NCBI GenBank assembly: GCA_937928755.1
Contig: CALEZI010000137.1
Span: 8,068 to 72,067 of the forward strand
Source: an uncultured Rhodanobacteraceae bacterium
GTDB taxonomy: Bacteria > Pseudomonadota > Gammaproteobacteria > Xanthomonadales > SZUA-5
DNA: 64,000 nt
Direction of reading: 5' to 3'
Shown here: piece by piece, positions 37,130-46,708 of the stretch
Layout: every line of letters starts with the position of its first letter
Numbering within the stretch: the stretch's first letter is position 1
Made by a program: the position numbers and the translations under genes
The notes under the pieces: model-generated
The model's database searches: none
What the model was told of the DNA's origin: nothing
Seen by the model: the letters and a program-made list of their open reading frames with translations, nothing else

Positions 37130-39181
37130 TCAGCGCATCCCCTTGAGGCGCATGCGGAACTCGACACCGGCCATGTCCGGCAGGTTGCTGGCGCTCGCAT
37201 CGCCCTGGTGCAGTTCGGCGACCAGGCGCACGATGTAGAGGCCCAGGCCCAGGTGCGGGGATACCGTGGCGCGACCATCGCGCACCGAAATCAGTGAATC
37301 GAACAAACGGTCCTGCATCTTCTGCGGCAGCGGCGGGCCGTTGTTCGACAGCACCAGGTCGACACTGCCCAACTTCAGCTCCAGCGCCAGCTTGATCCAG
37401 CCGCCGGGCGGACAGAAGCCAAGCGCATTGTCGACCAGCTTGTCGAGCGCTTGATGGATCAGTTCGGGAGCGCCGTGGAAGGGCACCGGGAAATCCGGTA
37501 CCACCAGGCGGAAATCGCGGTCTTCGGCGAGGTCTCGATAGCCGGCCGCGGCGCCATTCAGAAATTCGCGCAAGTCGAAATCTTCGGCCTCAGCGGCAGC
37601 GATCGCGCTCTCGATGCGCGATGCCTGCGACAGCGTGCGCAGCAGCGCACCGAGGCGCTCGGCGCCGGAGCGTGCGCGCTCGGCATAGATGCGCGCCGAC
37701 TCGGTCATCGCCTCCTGCTCAAGGTTCTCCAGCGACGACTTGACCACCGCCAGCGGCGTCGCCAGTTCATGCGAAAGCTTGCCACCGAGGGTGCGCAGAT
37801 AGTCAGTGTAAGCGCTGACCTGGTCGAGCAGTCGGCCAAAGCTGCGCGACAGGTCGCCGATCTCGTCGACCGCGTTGGAGCGCGGAAAGTTGCCGACCAC
37901 GCGGCCTTCGATGGTGAGCGCATTTTCGGCCGCATTGCGCAGTTTGCGAATGCGCCAGGACAGATAACCGGCGTACCCGAACAGGATCGCCGCAGCAACC
38001 AGCATCGTCAGCAGTCCACCCAGCAACAGGCTGCCGAGCGCGCGGTTGGTCCACAACAGCAGCGCGTCGCTGGTCTGTTCGAGCATTACGACGCCGACCA
38101 CATCGCTGCCATGCAGCACCGGAATGGTCACGGTGAGGATCACGCTGGCCTGGCTGGCGGCGGGGCGCCAGTTGGCGCCAGGGGTGCCGGTCAAGGTCGC
38201 ATCCACCTGGGTATTGGTCAGGCGCAGCAGGTTGAAGGCATAGCCGTCGCCGCGCGACATCTCCGGCGCCAGCAGATGGCGGTACACCAGCGCGCGTAGC
38301 CAGCGCAGGAAGGACAAGTCGTTGTCGTCGTCCGACGTATCGCTGCCGGGCCGCAGGCTGCCGCTTCGCGCGAGCACATAGCCCATGCGATCGAGCACGC
38401 GCAGACGGGCATTGTCCGGCACCAGGTTGCGCAGCAGTGGACTTTCCTGCCACAACAGGGCCAATGGCCGATAGCGCAGTCCGCGGACTGCGGTGCTCGC
38501 CGTTGCGCGTGGCAGGTCGGCGCCGGAAACCGGGTAATCGCGCACTTCGATGGCGAGATCGAAGACTGGATCGGCGATCGGCAGCTTCAGCTCCAGGCGA
38601 TAGCCGCCGCTGCGTTCGATCCAGGCGGCCGGCAGTGCGAAGCTCGGCTCGCGGCCGTCCGCCCCGGCCAGCGGTTGCGCAGCGGTGACGCCCTGGACGC
38701 TGCGAGCCACGCGCCAGCGCCGTTCGCCAAAACGATCGCGCAGCGAGATCTCGACATGGTCGGCGCGCTCGCCGAAGGATCCATCGACCGCAGTGGTCAC
38801 CGAGGTGATGTCATCCACATCCAGCCACAGGTTGACCGCCCCCGGACCCTGGCCGACATAGAGTTTCGCGTTCAGGCCGGCGCCGGGGCTGTACAAGGCC
38901 TCAGGATCGATATGCCAGGAACCCCAGTCGTCGGCGTAGCCGTCGGCGTCGATGTCGATGCGCATCGGCCGCGCATGCAATACGGCGGGTGCGACCAGCG
39001 CGGCGCGCAAGGCGGGCTCGGCAACCGGCAAGGCGGTCGCCAGCGTGCGCGCCGACGCCATCAGCGCGCGCTCCTGGCTTTCGCGCAGCGCGGTTTCCAT
39101 CTGCACGATGAAGCGCCAGCCGGCGAGCGGAAACACCGCGGCGACCAGCGCAATCAGCAGCAGTTTCAGGCGTAGCGGCAT
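37130..39181 (-). CDS. sensor histidine kinase with large periplasmic domain, HAMP, HisKA and HATPase_c
   Basis: N-terminal TM, about 330-aa extracytoplasmic region, second TM (LLLGGLLTMLVAAAILFGYAGYL), H-box KLSHELATPLAVV, N/G boxes (DKLVDNALGF, GLGLYIVRLV). No response regulator gene adjacent. Confidence 0.85.
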   Translation of the reverse strand: MPLRLKLLLIALVAAVFPLAGWRFIVQMETALRESQERALMASARTLATALPVAEPALRAALVAPAVLHARPMRIDIDADGYADDWGSWHIDPEALYSPGAGLNAKLYVGQGPGAVNLWLDVDDITSVTTAVDGSFGERADHVEISLRDRFGERRWRVARSVQGVTAAQPLAGADGREPSFALPAAWIERSGGYRLELKLPIADPVFDLAIEVRDYPVSGADLPRATASTAVRGLRYRPLALLWQESPLLRNLVPDNARLRVLDRMGYVLARSGSLRPGSDTSDDDNDLSFLRWLRALVYRHLLAPEMSRGDGYAFNLLRLTNTQVDATLTGTPGANWRPAASQASVILTVTIPVLHGSDVVGVVMLEQTSDALLLWTNRALGSLLLGGLLTMLVAAAILFGYAGYLSWRIRKLRNAAENALTIEGRVVGNFPRSNAVDEIGDLSRSFGRLLDQVSAYTDYLRTLGGKLSHELATPLAVVKSSLENLEQEAMTESARIYAERARSGAERLGALLRTLSQASRIESAIAAAEAEDFDLREFLNGAAAGYRDLAEDRDFRLVVPDFPVPFHGAPELIHQALDKLVDNALGFCPPGGWIKLALELKLGSVDLVLSNNGPPLPQKMQDRLFDSLISVRDGRATVSPHLGLGLYIVRLVAELHQGDASASNLPDMAGVEFRMRLKGMR

Positions 39182-39265
39182 GCGCGGCTGGAGTTTCGAT
39201 CGAGGTCGCGGAGTTCAGCGCAACGGCGGCGGGATTGCAAAGGAATGGCGAGGGCAGTGAAGATT

Positions 39266-39407
39266 GCAGGAGCGACGTGTACGTCGCGACCTTATCGCAT
39301 GACGGTCGCGGCGCTAACTCCTGCGACGTGTCGATCCTTGTCGGCGCGCCTGCGCGCGCGACGCTGCCAGGGCGTATCGACGGTCGCGACGTACACGTCG
39401 CTCCTAC
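39266..39407. repeat. inverted pair of AGGAGCGACGTGTACGTCGCGACC units
   Basis: 24-bp arms at 39268-39291 and 39382-39405 are perfect reverse complements. A partial third copy (tcctgcgacgtgtcga) lies between them. The right arm ends a few nt from the dnaB stop. Confidence 0.8.
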
Positions 39408-39412
39408 GCTGG

Positions 39413-40783
39413 TCAGTAGCTCTCGAACACGCCTCCGCCCTCGCGAGCGATCGAGTCGAAGCGCGTGTACTGGCCGCGGAACCACAGGTCCATGGTGCCG
39501 GTCGGTCCGTTGCGGTGCTTGGCGATGATGATCTCGGCGATACCCTTCTTGGCCGAATCCGGGTTGTAGTACTCGTCCCGGTAGATGAAGCAGATCAGGT
39601 CGGCGTCCTGCTCGATGGCGCCGGATTCGCGCAGATCGGACATCATCGGACGCTTGTCCTGACGCTGCTCAAGAGAGCGGTTGAGCTGGCTCAGCGCGAC
39701 CACCGGGACGTTCATTTCCTTGGCGATTGCCTTCAAGTTGCGCGAAATCTCGGAGATCTCGTTGGTGCGGTTCTCGCGCGTGCCCGGGACCTGCATCAAT
39801 TGCAGATAGTCGACCACGATCAGCGCCAGCCCGTGCTCGCGCTTCAGTCGTCGCGTGCGGGCGCGCAACTCCGACGGCGACAGGCCACCGGTATCGTCGA
39901 TGAACAGCTTGGCGCCGGTCAGCAAGGTGATCGCGCTGGTCACCCGTGGCCAGTCCTCGTCGGCCAGATCGCCGTTGCGCAGGCGCTTCTGATCGACCCG
40001 ACCGAGCGAGGAGATCATGCGCAATGCCAATTGGGCGACCGGCATTTCCATGCTGAAGATCGCCACCGGCTGGCCGCTCTGGATTGCCGCATGTTCGGCG
40101 ATGTTCATCGCGAACGAGGTCTTGCCCATCGACGGCCGCGCCGCAACGATCACCAGGTCGCCCGGCTGCAAGCCATTGGTCAGATTGTTGAAATCGGCAA
40201 ATCCGGTGTCGAGTCCGTTGAGTACGCCCTTGTTCGAATAACGGAACTCGATGGCGCGATAGGCTTCCTTGAGCGCCTCGGCGACCGGCACGAAGCTGCC
40301 GCGCCCACGTTTGCCACGCTCGCCGATATCGAACACGAGCTTTTCGGCGCCCTGCAGCAGTTCCTCGCTGCTGCGCCCCTCCGGCACCAGGATGTCGTCG
40401 ACGATCTGGGTGCCGGCTTCCATCAACTGGCGCAGGATCGACTTCTCGCGCACGATCTCCGCGTAGGCCACGATGTTGGCCGCGCCCGGCGTGTTGTTGG
40501 CGATCTCGATGACGTAGCCGATGCCGCCGGCGGCTTCGGCCTGTTCCTTGCGCTCCAGCCATTCGCCGAGGGTCACCGCGTCGCACGGCTGGCCCTTCTC
40601 CTTCAGCGACGCGATCGCCTGGAAGATGATGCGATGGTCCTGACGATAGAAGTCGTCGGCGACCACCTTGTCGGAAATCTTGAAGTAGGCCTCGTCGGAC
40701 AACATCAATGCGCCCAGCACCGCCTGTTCGGCGTCGAGCGAATAGGGCGGCGTGCGCGTGTTGGCGTGGCGAGGATCGGTCAT
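39413..40783 (-). CDS. dnaB: replicative DNA helicase
   Basis: PYSLDAEQAVLGALM, Walker A ARPSMGKTSFA, IVVDYLQLM, SQLNRSLEQR. Confidence 0.95.
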   Translation of the reverse strand: MTDPRHANTRTPPYSLDAEQAVLGALMLSDEAYFKISDKVVADDFYRQDHRIIFQAIASLKEKGQPCDAVTLGEWLERKEQAEAAGGIGYVIEIANNTPGAANIVAYAEIVREKSILRQLMEAGTQIVDDILVPEGRSSEELLQGAEKLVFDIGERGKRGRGSFVPVAEALKEAYRAIEFRYSNKGVLNGLDTGFADFNNLTNGLQPGDLVIVAARPSMGKTSFAMNIAEHAAIQSGQPVAIFSMEMPVAQLALRMISSLGRVDQKRLRNGDLADEDWPRVTSAITLLTGAKLFIDDTGGLSPSELRARTRRLKREHGLALIVVDYLQLMQVPGTRENRTNEISEISRNLKAIAKEMNVPVVALSQLNRSLEQRQDKRPMMSDLRESGAIEQDADLICFIYRDEYYNPDSAKKGIAEIIIAKHRNGPTGTMDLWFRGQYTRFDSIAREGGGVFESY

Positions 40784-40859
40784 GGGGTTCCGATGGTGCT
40801 GATGAGGTGACTTCAGACGTTCACGGCGGGGTTGGCAGTTCGCTGTGGTCGGGAGCGGC

Positions 40860-41022
40860 TTTTTTGGTCCGCAAAGGACGCAAAGGACGCAAAGAGAAGC
40901 ATTGACACGAAGTGAGTGCGGATTTCCTTGTGATCACGCCAAGCGCTGCCGGGAGCTTTCGCGACCCCTTCAAAGTCTATCTTGCTTCTCTTTGCGTCCT
41001 TAGCGTCCTTTGCGGACAAAGG
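40860..41022. repeat. GCAAAGGAC-type inverted-repeat element, copy E
   Basis: ttttttggtccGCAAAGGACGCAAAGGACGCAAAGagaagc ... gcttctctttgcgtccttagcgtcctttgcggacaaagg. Spacer about 85 nt. Lies between dnaB and rplI. Confidence 0.85.
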
Positions 41023-41040
41023 CTCTTTCCCGGAAGCCAC

Positions 41041-41082
41041 AAAAGCGAAAGCCCGCGATACCTCTCGGCATCGCGGGCTTTC
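41041..41082 (-). terminator. rho-independent terminator after rplI
   Basis: On the minus strand: gaaagcccgcgat-loop-atcgcgggctttc followed by gcttttgt. Confidence 0.7.
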
Positions 41083-41099
41083 GGGTGCGGCGATGAAGC

Positions 41100-41549
41100 T
41101 CAGTTTTCCGGCTGGACCACGACCTTGACGGTCGTGTGCACGTCGGCGTGCAGGTGCACTTCGACGTCGCTCTCGCCGACGCGGCGGATCGGGCCTTCAC
41201 CCATCACCACTTCGGACTTCTCCAGCGGCAGGCCGGCGGCACTGAAAGCTTCGGCGATTTCGCGCGGGCCGACCGAACCGTAGAGCTTGCCCTCGGTGCT
41301 GGCATTGGCCTTGATCGTCACCGAGGCGCCTTCGAGACCCGCCTTGCGTGCCTGGGCGGCGGCCAGGATCTCGTTGGCCTTGCCTTCGAACTCGGCGCGG
41401 CGCTTTTCGAACTCGGCAACGTTGGTTGCCGTGGCCGGCACGGCTTTGCCGTAGGGGATCAGGAAGTTACGGCTGTAGCCGGCCTTGACCTTGACGCGGT
41501 CGCCGAGGCTGCCGAGATTCTTGACCTTCTGAAGCAGGATCACATCCAT
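41100..41549 (-). CDS. rplI: 50S ribosomal protein L9
   Basis: [37 protein letters not shown]. Confidence 0.95.
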   Translation of the reverse strand: MDVILLQKVKNLGSLGDRVKVKAGYSRNFLIPYGKAVPATATNVAEFEKRRAEFEGKANEILAAAQARKAGLEGASVTIKANASTEGKLYGSVGPREIAEAFSAAGLPLEKSEVVMGEGPIRRVGESDVEVHLHADVHTTVKVVVQPEN

Positions 41550-41560
41550 GGATCAGCTCC

Positions 41561-41785
41561 TCAATGACTGTCGGTGTACGGGATCAGCGCCAGAAAACGG
41601 GCGCGCTTGATCGCGGTCGAGAGCTGGCGCTGGAAACGCGCGCGCGTGCCGGTGATGCGGCTCGGCACGATCTTGCCGGTCTCGGTGACGTACTGGCGCA
41701 GCGTGTTCAGATCCTTGTAATCGATATGAGTGACGCCGTCAGCGGTGAACTTGCAGAACTTCTTGCGACGAAAGAAACGCGACAT
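41561..41785 (-). CDS. rpsR: 30S ribosomal protein S18
   Basis: [42 protein letters not shown]. Confidence 0.95.
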   Translation of the reverse strand: MSRFFRRKKFCKFTADGVTHIDYKDLNTLRQYVTETGKIVPSRITGTRARFQRQLSTAIKRARFLALIPYTDSH

Positions 41786-41806
41786 GGTTTATCTCCTGGG
41801 AATCGG

Positions 41807-42223
41807 TCAGACGCTGGCTTCGGCGACAGGCTCATCCTCACCACCGGTACCGACGGCAGTTGGGGAATCGCCAGAGTCGTCGTCGCGGCGACGCGGCTTC
41901 TCGTCCTTGGTCTTCATGATCGCGCTCATTTCGGTGACCGCTTCCTTCATCACCACGATCAGGTGGCGCAGCACGGCATCGTTGAAGCGGAACGCATCCT
42001 GCAGTTCCTTCAGCGCAGCAGCCGAGCATTCGATGTTCATCATGATGTAGTGCGCCTTCAACAGGCGCTCGATCGGATACGCCAGCTGGCGTCGGCCCCA
42101 ATCTTCCAGACGGTGGATCTTGCCGCCGTCGGCTTCGATCATGCTGCGGTAGCGGTCGATCATCGCCGGCACCTGCTCGCTCTGGTCAGGGTGGACCAGA
42201 AACACAACTTCGTAATGACGCAT
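41807..42223 (-). CDS. rpsF: 30S ribosomal protein S6
   Basis: [18 protein letters not shown]...[14 protein letters not shown], acidic C-terminal tail. Confidence 0.95.
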   Translation of the reverse strand: MRHYEVVFLVHPDQSEQVPAMIDRYRSMIEADGGKIHRLEDWGRRQLAYPIERLLKAHYIMMNIECSAAALKELQDAFRFNDAVLRHLIVVMKEAVTEMSAIMKTKDEKPRRRDDDSGDSPTAVGTGGEDEPVAEASV

Positions 42224-42416
42224 GAGATTCCTCTCGGATATAGCTTCCCGGACAATCCAGTGAAGCGAGGAGCCGTCCAGGGAGCCTGGACGGGGGCGCG
42301 GAGTCTACTCGTCTGCGCGTGGAGCAGCAACTCGGGTCAGTCGTTGTTGCTCGTCGGCAGCGCCGGCCGCTGCAAAAATCCATGCACCCGTTTGCCAACG
42401 CTGCCGAGCGGGCATG

Positions 42417-42460
42417 CCCGGACTTGTCCGGACAAAAGGGTCCAGACTCGTCCGGACCCT
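42417..42460. repeat. degenerate GGGTCCAGAC-type hairpin units
   Basis: cccggacttgtccggac aaaa gggtccagactcgtccggaccc, just downstream of the bfr stop. Confidence 0.45.
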
Positions 42461-42482
42461 TTACCTGCGTGGCAGCCGGCTG

Positions 42483-42953
42483 CTAACCCGCGACCTTGCC
42501 CTGCAGATACAAGGCTTCGCCGAGGCTGTCGATCAGGCCGAGTTGCGTTTCCAGCCAATCCACATGCTCTTCCTCACTCTCGAGGATGTCTTCCAGCAGT
42601 TCGCGAGTGCCGAAGTCGCGTACGGTTTCACAGTAGGCGATGGCGTCGCGCAGATCGGGAATCGCCAGTTCCTCGAGCTTGAGATCGCAGGCGATGACCT
42701 CTTTCGGATTCTCGCCGATCAGCAGCTTGCCGAGCTTCTGCAGATTGGGCAGGCCTTCGAGGAACAGGATGCGTTCGATCAGGCGATCGGCATGCTTCAT
42801 TTCGTCGATCGATTCCTCGTATTCGTGCTTCGCCAGCGCCTGGTAGCCCCAGTTGCGGTACATGCGCGAGTGCAGGAAATACTGGTTGATCGCCGTCAGT
42901 TCGTTGGCGAGGATCTTGTTGAGGTGGCCAATGACCTTTGCGTCGCCTTTCAT
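42483..42953 (-). CDS. bfr: bacterioferritin
   Basis: MKGDAKVIGHLNKILANELTAINQYFLHSRM...EESIDEMKHADRLIERILFLEG. 156 aa from internal ATG 42953. Confidence 0.9.
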   Translation of the reverse strand: MKGDAKVIGHLNKILANELTAINQYFLHSRMYRNWGYQALAKHEYEESIDEMKHADRLIERILFLEGLPNLQKLGKLLIGENPKEVIACDLKLEELAIPDLRDAIAYCETVRDFGTRELLEDILESEEEHVDWLETQLGLIDSLGEALYLQGKVAG

Positions 42954-43171
42954 GGCTGTCCTTTGCGCGCGATCGGATACCGATCGGAGGACCAATCATA
43001 AGCCGCAAAGAGGTACGCGCGCGTGAAACGAACTCGGGAGCAAGCCAAAAAGCTGGCTGCGCGAGCTGATCGCCGCGTCGGGCGCCGTTCCCTGACTCAA
43101 CTCGCCATTTGATCTTCTTGCGTGACTACGCTCCTTGATGCTGGCATGACGGTGCCCGTCAGCGGCAGTGC

Positions 43172-43390
43172 TCAGGCGAGCGCCGGCATGCCGTCGCCGC
43201 GGGCCAGTCGCAGCGACGGCGAGTCGTTTCTCAGCGATTCGTGCAGGACCGCTTCCGCCATTTCGGAGCAGCAGCCGCAGCCAGCCGTGCAACCGGTGCT
43301 CATGGCCAGTTCGCCGAGGGTGCGAATACCCGATCGAGCCGCGCGCCGGATTGCAGCTTCGGTAACACCGTTGCACATGCAGACGTACAT
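43172..43390 (-). CDS. bfd: bacterioferritin-associated ferredoxin
   Basis: MYVCMCNGVTEAAIRRA...TGCTAGCGCC [2Fe-2S] Cys pattern. AGGAG Shine-Dalgarno 8 nt upstream of ATG 43390. Confidence 0.85.
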   Translation of the reverse strand: MYVCMCNGVTEAAIRRAARSGIRTLGELAMSTGCTAGCGCCSEMAEAVLHESLRNDSPSLRLARGDGMPALA

Positions 43391-43428
43391 GGTCGATGGC
43401 TCCTGGACGCTTGTTGCAGAGCGTATTG

Positions 43429-43458
43429 CCAATGCGAATGGTTGTCAATTCGCACTGG
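43429..43458. promoter_or_regulatory. palindromic operator candidate upstream of bfd (possible Fur site)
   Basis: ccaatgcgaat-N8-attcgcactgg: 11-bp arms with one mismatch, 39-68 nt upstream of the bfd start. Only about half the positions match the classical Fur 19-mer by eye. Confidence 0.3.
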
Positions 43459-43513
43459 AGTCGCAACGCGATGTCATTCAGCCACAGCTATCGATGACCT
43501 GCCTTGATCGAGA

Positions 43514-44065
43514 TCAGCGTGGCGCCGCCTGCGCCGGGGAATTCAACCGCCCGCTGGCCAAAGCGGCCATCGGTTCCTCAGGAATGTCGATCAAGCGCCG
43601 CGCCGCCGGCGCAAGATGCCGCAATGCGCGCTCGTAGACACCGCGCTTGAAGGTGACGACATGGTCCAGCGGGTACCAGAAGTCGACCCAGCGCCACAGG
43701 TCGAATTCCGGTCGGTCGGTCCCATCGAGGCGCACAAAACTATCGTCGGCGGTCAGTTTGAGCAGGAACCAGACCTGCTTTTGTCCGATGCACACCGGCC
43801 GCACGTTGGTGCGCACGCAGTGGCGCGGCAGGCGATAGCGCAACCAGCCCGGCGTTGCCGCCAGAATCTGGACGTGCTCGGCCGCCAGGCCGGTTTCTTC
43901 CGCCAGTTCGCGGTACATCGCTTCTTCAGGTGTCTCGTCGCTGTTCATCCCGCCCTGCGGGAACTGCCAGCCGTCACGACGGACGCGCCGCGCCCAGAAG
44001 ACGCGTCCTCCTTCCTGCATCAAGACGATTCCTACATTGGGTCTGTAGCCATCCGGATCGATCAT
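43514..44065 (-). CDS. rppH: RNA pyrophosphohydrolase
   Basis: [15 protein letters not shown]..., Nudix box [23 protein letters not shown], then [10 protein letters not shown]. Confidence 0.9.
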   Translation of the reverse strand: MIDPDGYRPNVGIVLMQEGGRVFWARRVRRDGWQFPQGGMNSDETPEEAMYRELAEETGLAAEHVQILAATPGWLRYRLPRHCVRTNVRPVCIGQKQVWFLLKLTADDSFVRLDGTDRPEFDLWRWVDFWYPLDHVVTFKRGVYERALRHLAPAARRLIDIPEEPMAALASGRLNSPAQAAPR

Positions 44066-44227
44066 CCGGGCGCGCTCCACGCATGTGCTGGGTTGATTTT
44101 GCATTCCCCGCAGCGTACCGACAAGCGGTCATCGTCGATTGGCAGCCCGCAGACGCAAGTTCCGTGGTCGACAGGCTGCGCCAGAGCGGTTCAGTCCCAT
44201 AGAATCAGGTCGTCGTCGCGAGTGCGC

Positions 44228-46708
44228 GTGGTGGGCCCTGTGGCAAACAACGGGTTGGATCCGTATCCGTTCGTCAAGCTTGCACAGTCGGGCGTGGCGC
44301 CGCGTGTGCGCGGATTGCTCGAGGGCGTCTATCAGGCGGCGCAACCGATCATCGACGCGGCGCTCACGCGCGCGCTCGACGACCTGGATCGCGACCTGCA
44401 TGCGTTTGGAGAGCGCAGTTCGAGCCCCGGCGAGCAGAATCAGTGTCTGGCCAGTTTGCGCGAATTCAGGCGCTGCCGCGCCGACTTCGTGCTCGCTTGT
44501 CGTTTGGGCATACAGCGTTCCCTGCTGGCGCTGATCGATCCGTCGGCAAGCGATGAGACGCTGGCCATCGGCAGCGTCCGCAACGACCCTGCGCAAACGG
44601 GTGGTCGCGACGTCGCCGCGCGCGAGGAGAATCTGACCTTGTCGCAGATCGCCACTCGCGCCGAGATCAGGGTCGCCAACGAGCTGCAGGCTCTGGCCTA
44701 TCGTTTCGGTGTCATCGCCTGCAGCCCGCCGATCGAAATCGAATCGCTGGCACTCGGACCCCACAAGCTGTGCGCGGCGATCCGGGCCGCTGCCGAGCGC
44801 TTCGAGGTGATTCCGGCGCATCGCCTGGCGCTCTACCGGCGCATCGACAAGGCCTTGTTCGCCGACCCCCGCCCGCTCTACGACGCGATCCGGAGTTATC
44901 TGATCCAGCATCGAGTGCTCGCGCATCTGCAACTGTTGCCGTCGTCCGAGCCGACGTCGGGTGCAACAGCGCCGATCCCGCAGGCCGTCGCGGCGCAGGT
45001 CGCGGTCGCGGTGCCCAGGGTGGCGGCGGACGACGATTTGCCGCCGGCCGGCGGCAGGATTTCAATGCCAAAGGTGCCTCCTGTTGTGGCCGAGCGACCG
45101 AGCGTGGAAACTGAAATGTCGTCGCGCGCGAGTGCGGAGAAGTCGCGGGCGATCGAAGCGCCGATGCAGGAATTGGCGGTCGGGCGGCCGTCGGTGGCGG
45201 AACTGGCGCTGGACGACGATTATTTCCGGGGACTGCGCGAGCGCATGTCACTTCGAAGCGCCAGCCGGATCGCCAATGCGGAAGCTGGCAATGCAGGCAC
45301 GCCGGTCGGTCGGCAGCAACTGCATGCGGCACTTTGCGCGTTGCAGGCGCAAGCGCCGGGGCCGGTGATGCATGCCGGCAAGTGGATCAATCGCAGTGTT
45401 GCGCACATCAAGCAGGATCTGGTGAACCAGTTGCGCGGCCTTGGCGATGGCGGTACGCCGAGGCTGCGGGATGAAGACTCGCAGACCGTCGACATCATCG
45501 GCTTGCTGTTCGAGCAGTTGCTTGCGGCCTACAGTCCGAACAGTTTGAGCCACGCGGTTTTCAGCCGCCTGCAGATTCCGCTGCTGAAACAGGCGCTGAG
45601 CGATCCGGGTTTCTTCACCCGACCCAACCATCCGGCCCGGCGTTTGCTCAATGCCTTCGTCGAATGTCTGCGGGACTGGGTGGGCGACGAGGATACTGAT
45701 CGCCAGGTAATCGAGAAGCTGCAGATGGTGACCGATCGCCTGGCTCGCGAGTTCGCCGACGACAGCACCAGCTTCGAACGCTGCCTGGGCGACATCGACC
45801 AGTATGTCGCGGGAATGCGCAAGAAGGCCGAGGTCGCCGAGCGCCGCCAGGTGGAGGCGGCAAAAGGGCGCGAGAAACTGGATCTGGCGCGTGCGGCGGC
45901 GCAGGAGGTCGTACAGCAGCAGTTGAGCGGCTGTGCGGCGCCCGAAGCGATCCGCACCCTGCTGCAGAGCGCCTGGGCAGACGCCGTGGCACTTTCGCTG
46001 CTGCGGCAGGGCGTGGACCACCCGCGTACCAGCGAGCGCATCATGTTCGGCCAGCAACTGCTGGAGGTGTTCCTGCCCGGTCGATCGAATGAAATTCGCA
46101 TTGCCGAGCTCGGCCGCTTGCGCAGGGTGCTGGAAGAAGGCCTGGCTGCGGTCGGATTCCACGACGATGCCGTCGCCGCCGCATGGGACGACATCAGCGC
46201 GCTCGCGCAACTGCGACCGGATCATGAACAGCATGCGGCGGCGCATGCCATCGGCAATCTGCTGTGCCAGAGTTCACGGCTCGGCGGCGAAGGTACGTCG
46301 GGTCGCACGGAGCACCTGCCGATCGACCTCGGTGAGCAACGGCTCGATCCCGCGGAGCGGGCGATGATCGAGCGCATCGAGCAGCTTCCTGCAGGGACCT
46401 GGTTCGAATTCGGCAGCGGCCGAGGCGGCGGCAGTGGTCGCGCGCGCTTGAGCTGGTACAGTCGGGTCACTGGTCGCTGCATGTTCCTGAATGCGCGCGG
46501 CGGCAAATGCGAAGAGCGCACGATCGGACAACTGGCGCGCGAGCTGCTGCGCGGCAGCGTGCGCCTGGTGGTGGAAGATCGCGAGCCACCCGTCGACCGC
46601 GCGTGGCGAGCGATTGGCTCAGCGTTGCCTGCGCCGGAACAGCGCGCCCGATCGGCATCGACCGAACCACCGCCTGCGGAAGCGATCCATGCCAACCCGA
46701 CGATCTGA
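44228..46708 (+). CDS. DUF1631 family protein (paralogue 2)
   Basis: Blocks IDAALTRALDDLDRDL, FSRLQIPLLKQALSDPGFFTRPNHPARRLLNAF, and C-terminal GTWFEF...ARLSWYSRVTGRCMFLNARG. Start uncertain: GTG at 44222, 44228, 44231 or 44240. The track ORF start 43616 overlaps rppH and is rejected. Confidence 0.75.
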   Translation: MVGPVANNGLDPYPFVKLAQSGVAPRVRGLLEGVYQAAQPIIDAALTRALDDLDRDLHAFGERSSSPGEQNQCLASLREFRRCRADFVLACRLGIQRSLLALIDPSASDETLAIGSVRNDPAQTGGRDVAAREENLTLSQIATRAEIRVANELQALAYRFGVIACSPPIEIESLALGPHKLCAAIRAAAERFEVIPAHRLALYRRIDKALFADPRPLYDAIRSYLIQHRVLAHLQLLPSSEPTSGATAPIPQAVAAQVAVAVPRVAADDDLPPAGGRISMPKVPPVVAERPSVETEMSSRASAEKSRAIEAPMQELAVGRPSVAELALDDDYFRGLRERMSLRSASRIANAEAGNAGTPVGRQQLHAALCALQAQAPGPVMHAGKWINRSVAHIKQDLVNQLRGLGDGGTPRLRDEDSQTVDIIGLLFEQLLAAYSPNSLSHAVFSRLQIPLLKQALSDPGFFTRPNHPARRLLNAFVECLRDWVGDEDTDRQVIEKLQMVTDRLAREFADDSTSFERCLGDIDQYVAGMRKKAEVAERRQVEAAKGREKLDLARAAAQEVVQQQLSGCAAPEAIRTLLQSAWADAVALSLLRQGVDHPRTSERIMFGQQLLEVFLPGRSNEIRIAELGRLRRVLEEGLAAVGFHDDAVAAAWDDISALAQLRPDHEQHAAAHAIGNLLCQSSRLGGEGTSGRTEHLPIDLGEQRLDPAERAMIERIEQLPAGTWFEFGSGRGGGSGRARLSWYSRVTGRCMFLNARGGKCEERTIGQLARELLRGSVRLVVEDREPPVDRAWRAIGSALPAPEQRARSASTEPPPAEAIHANPTI

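Noticed and set aside
37130-39181. Calling the histidine kinase a dedicated-sortase-system kinase
   Set aside because: Based only on a remembered N-terminal resemblance. No sortase, LPXTG target or response regulator is present, so the specific call is not supportable.
39245-40810. 521-aa ORF on the plus strand
   Set aside because: Antisense to dnaB, and it begins inside the 39266 repeat.
42224-42300. rpsF (S6:S18) autoregulatory leader hairpin
   Set aside because: A hairpin (cgtccag-gctcc-ctggacg) exists in the 5' UTR. I cannot verify the conserved leader motif without a covariance model.
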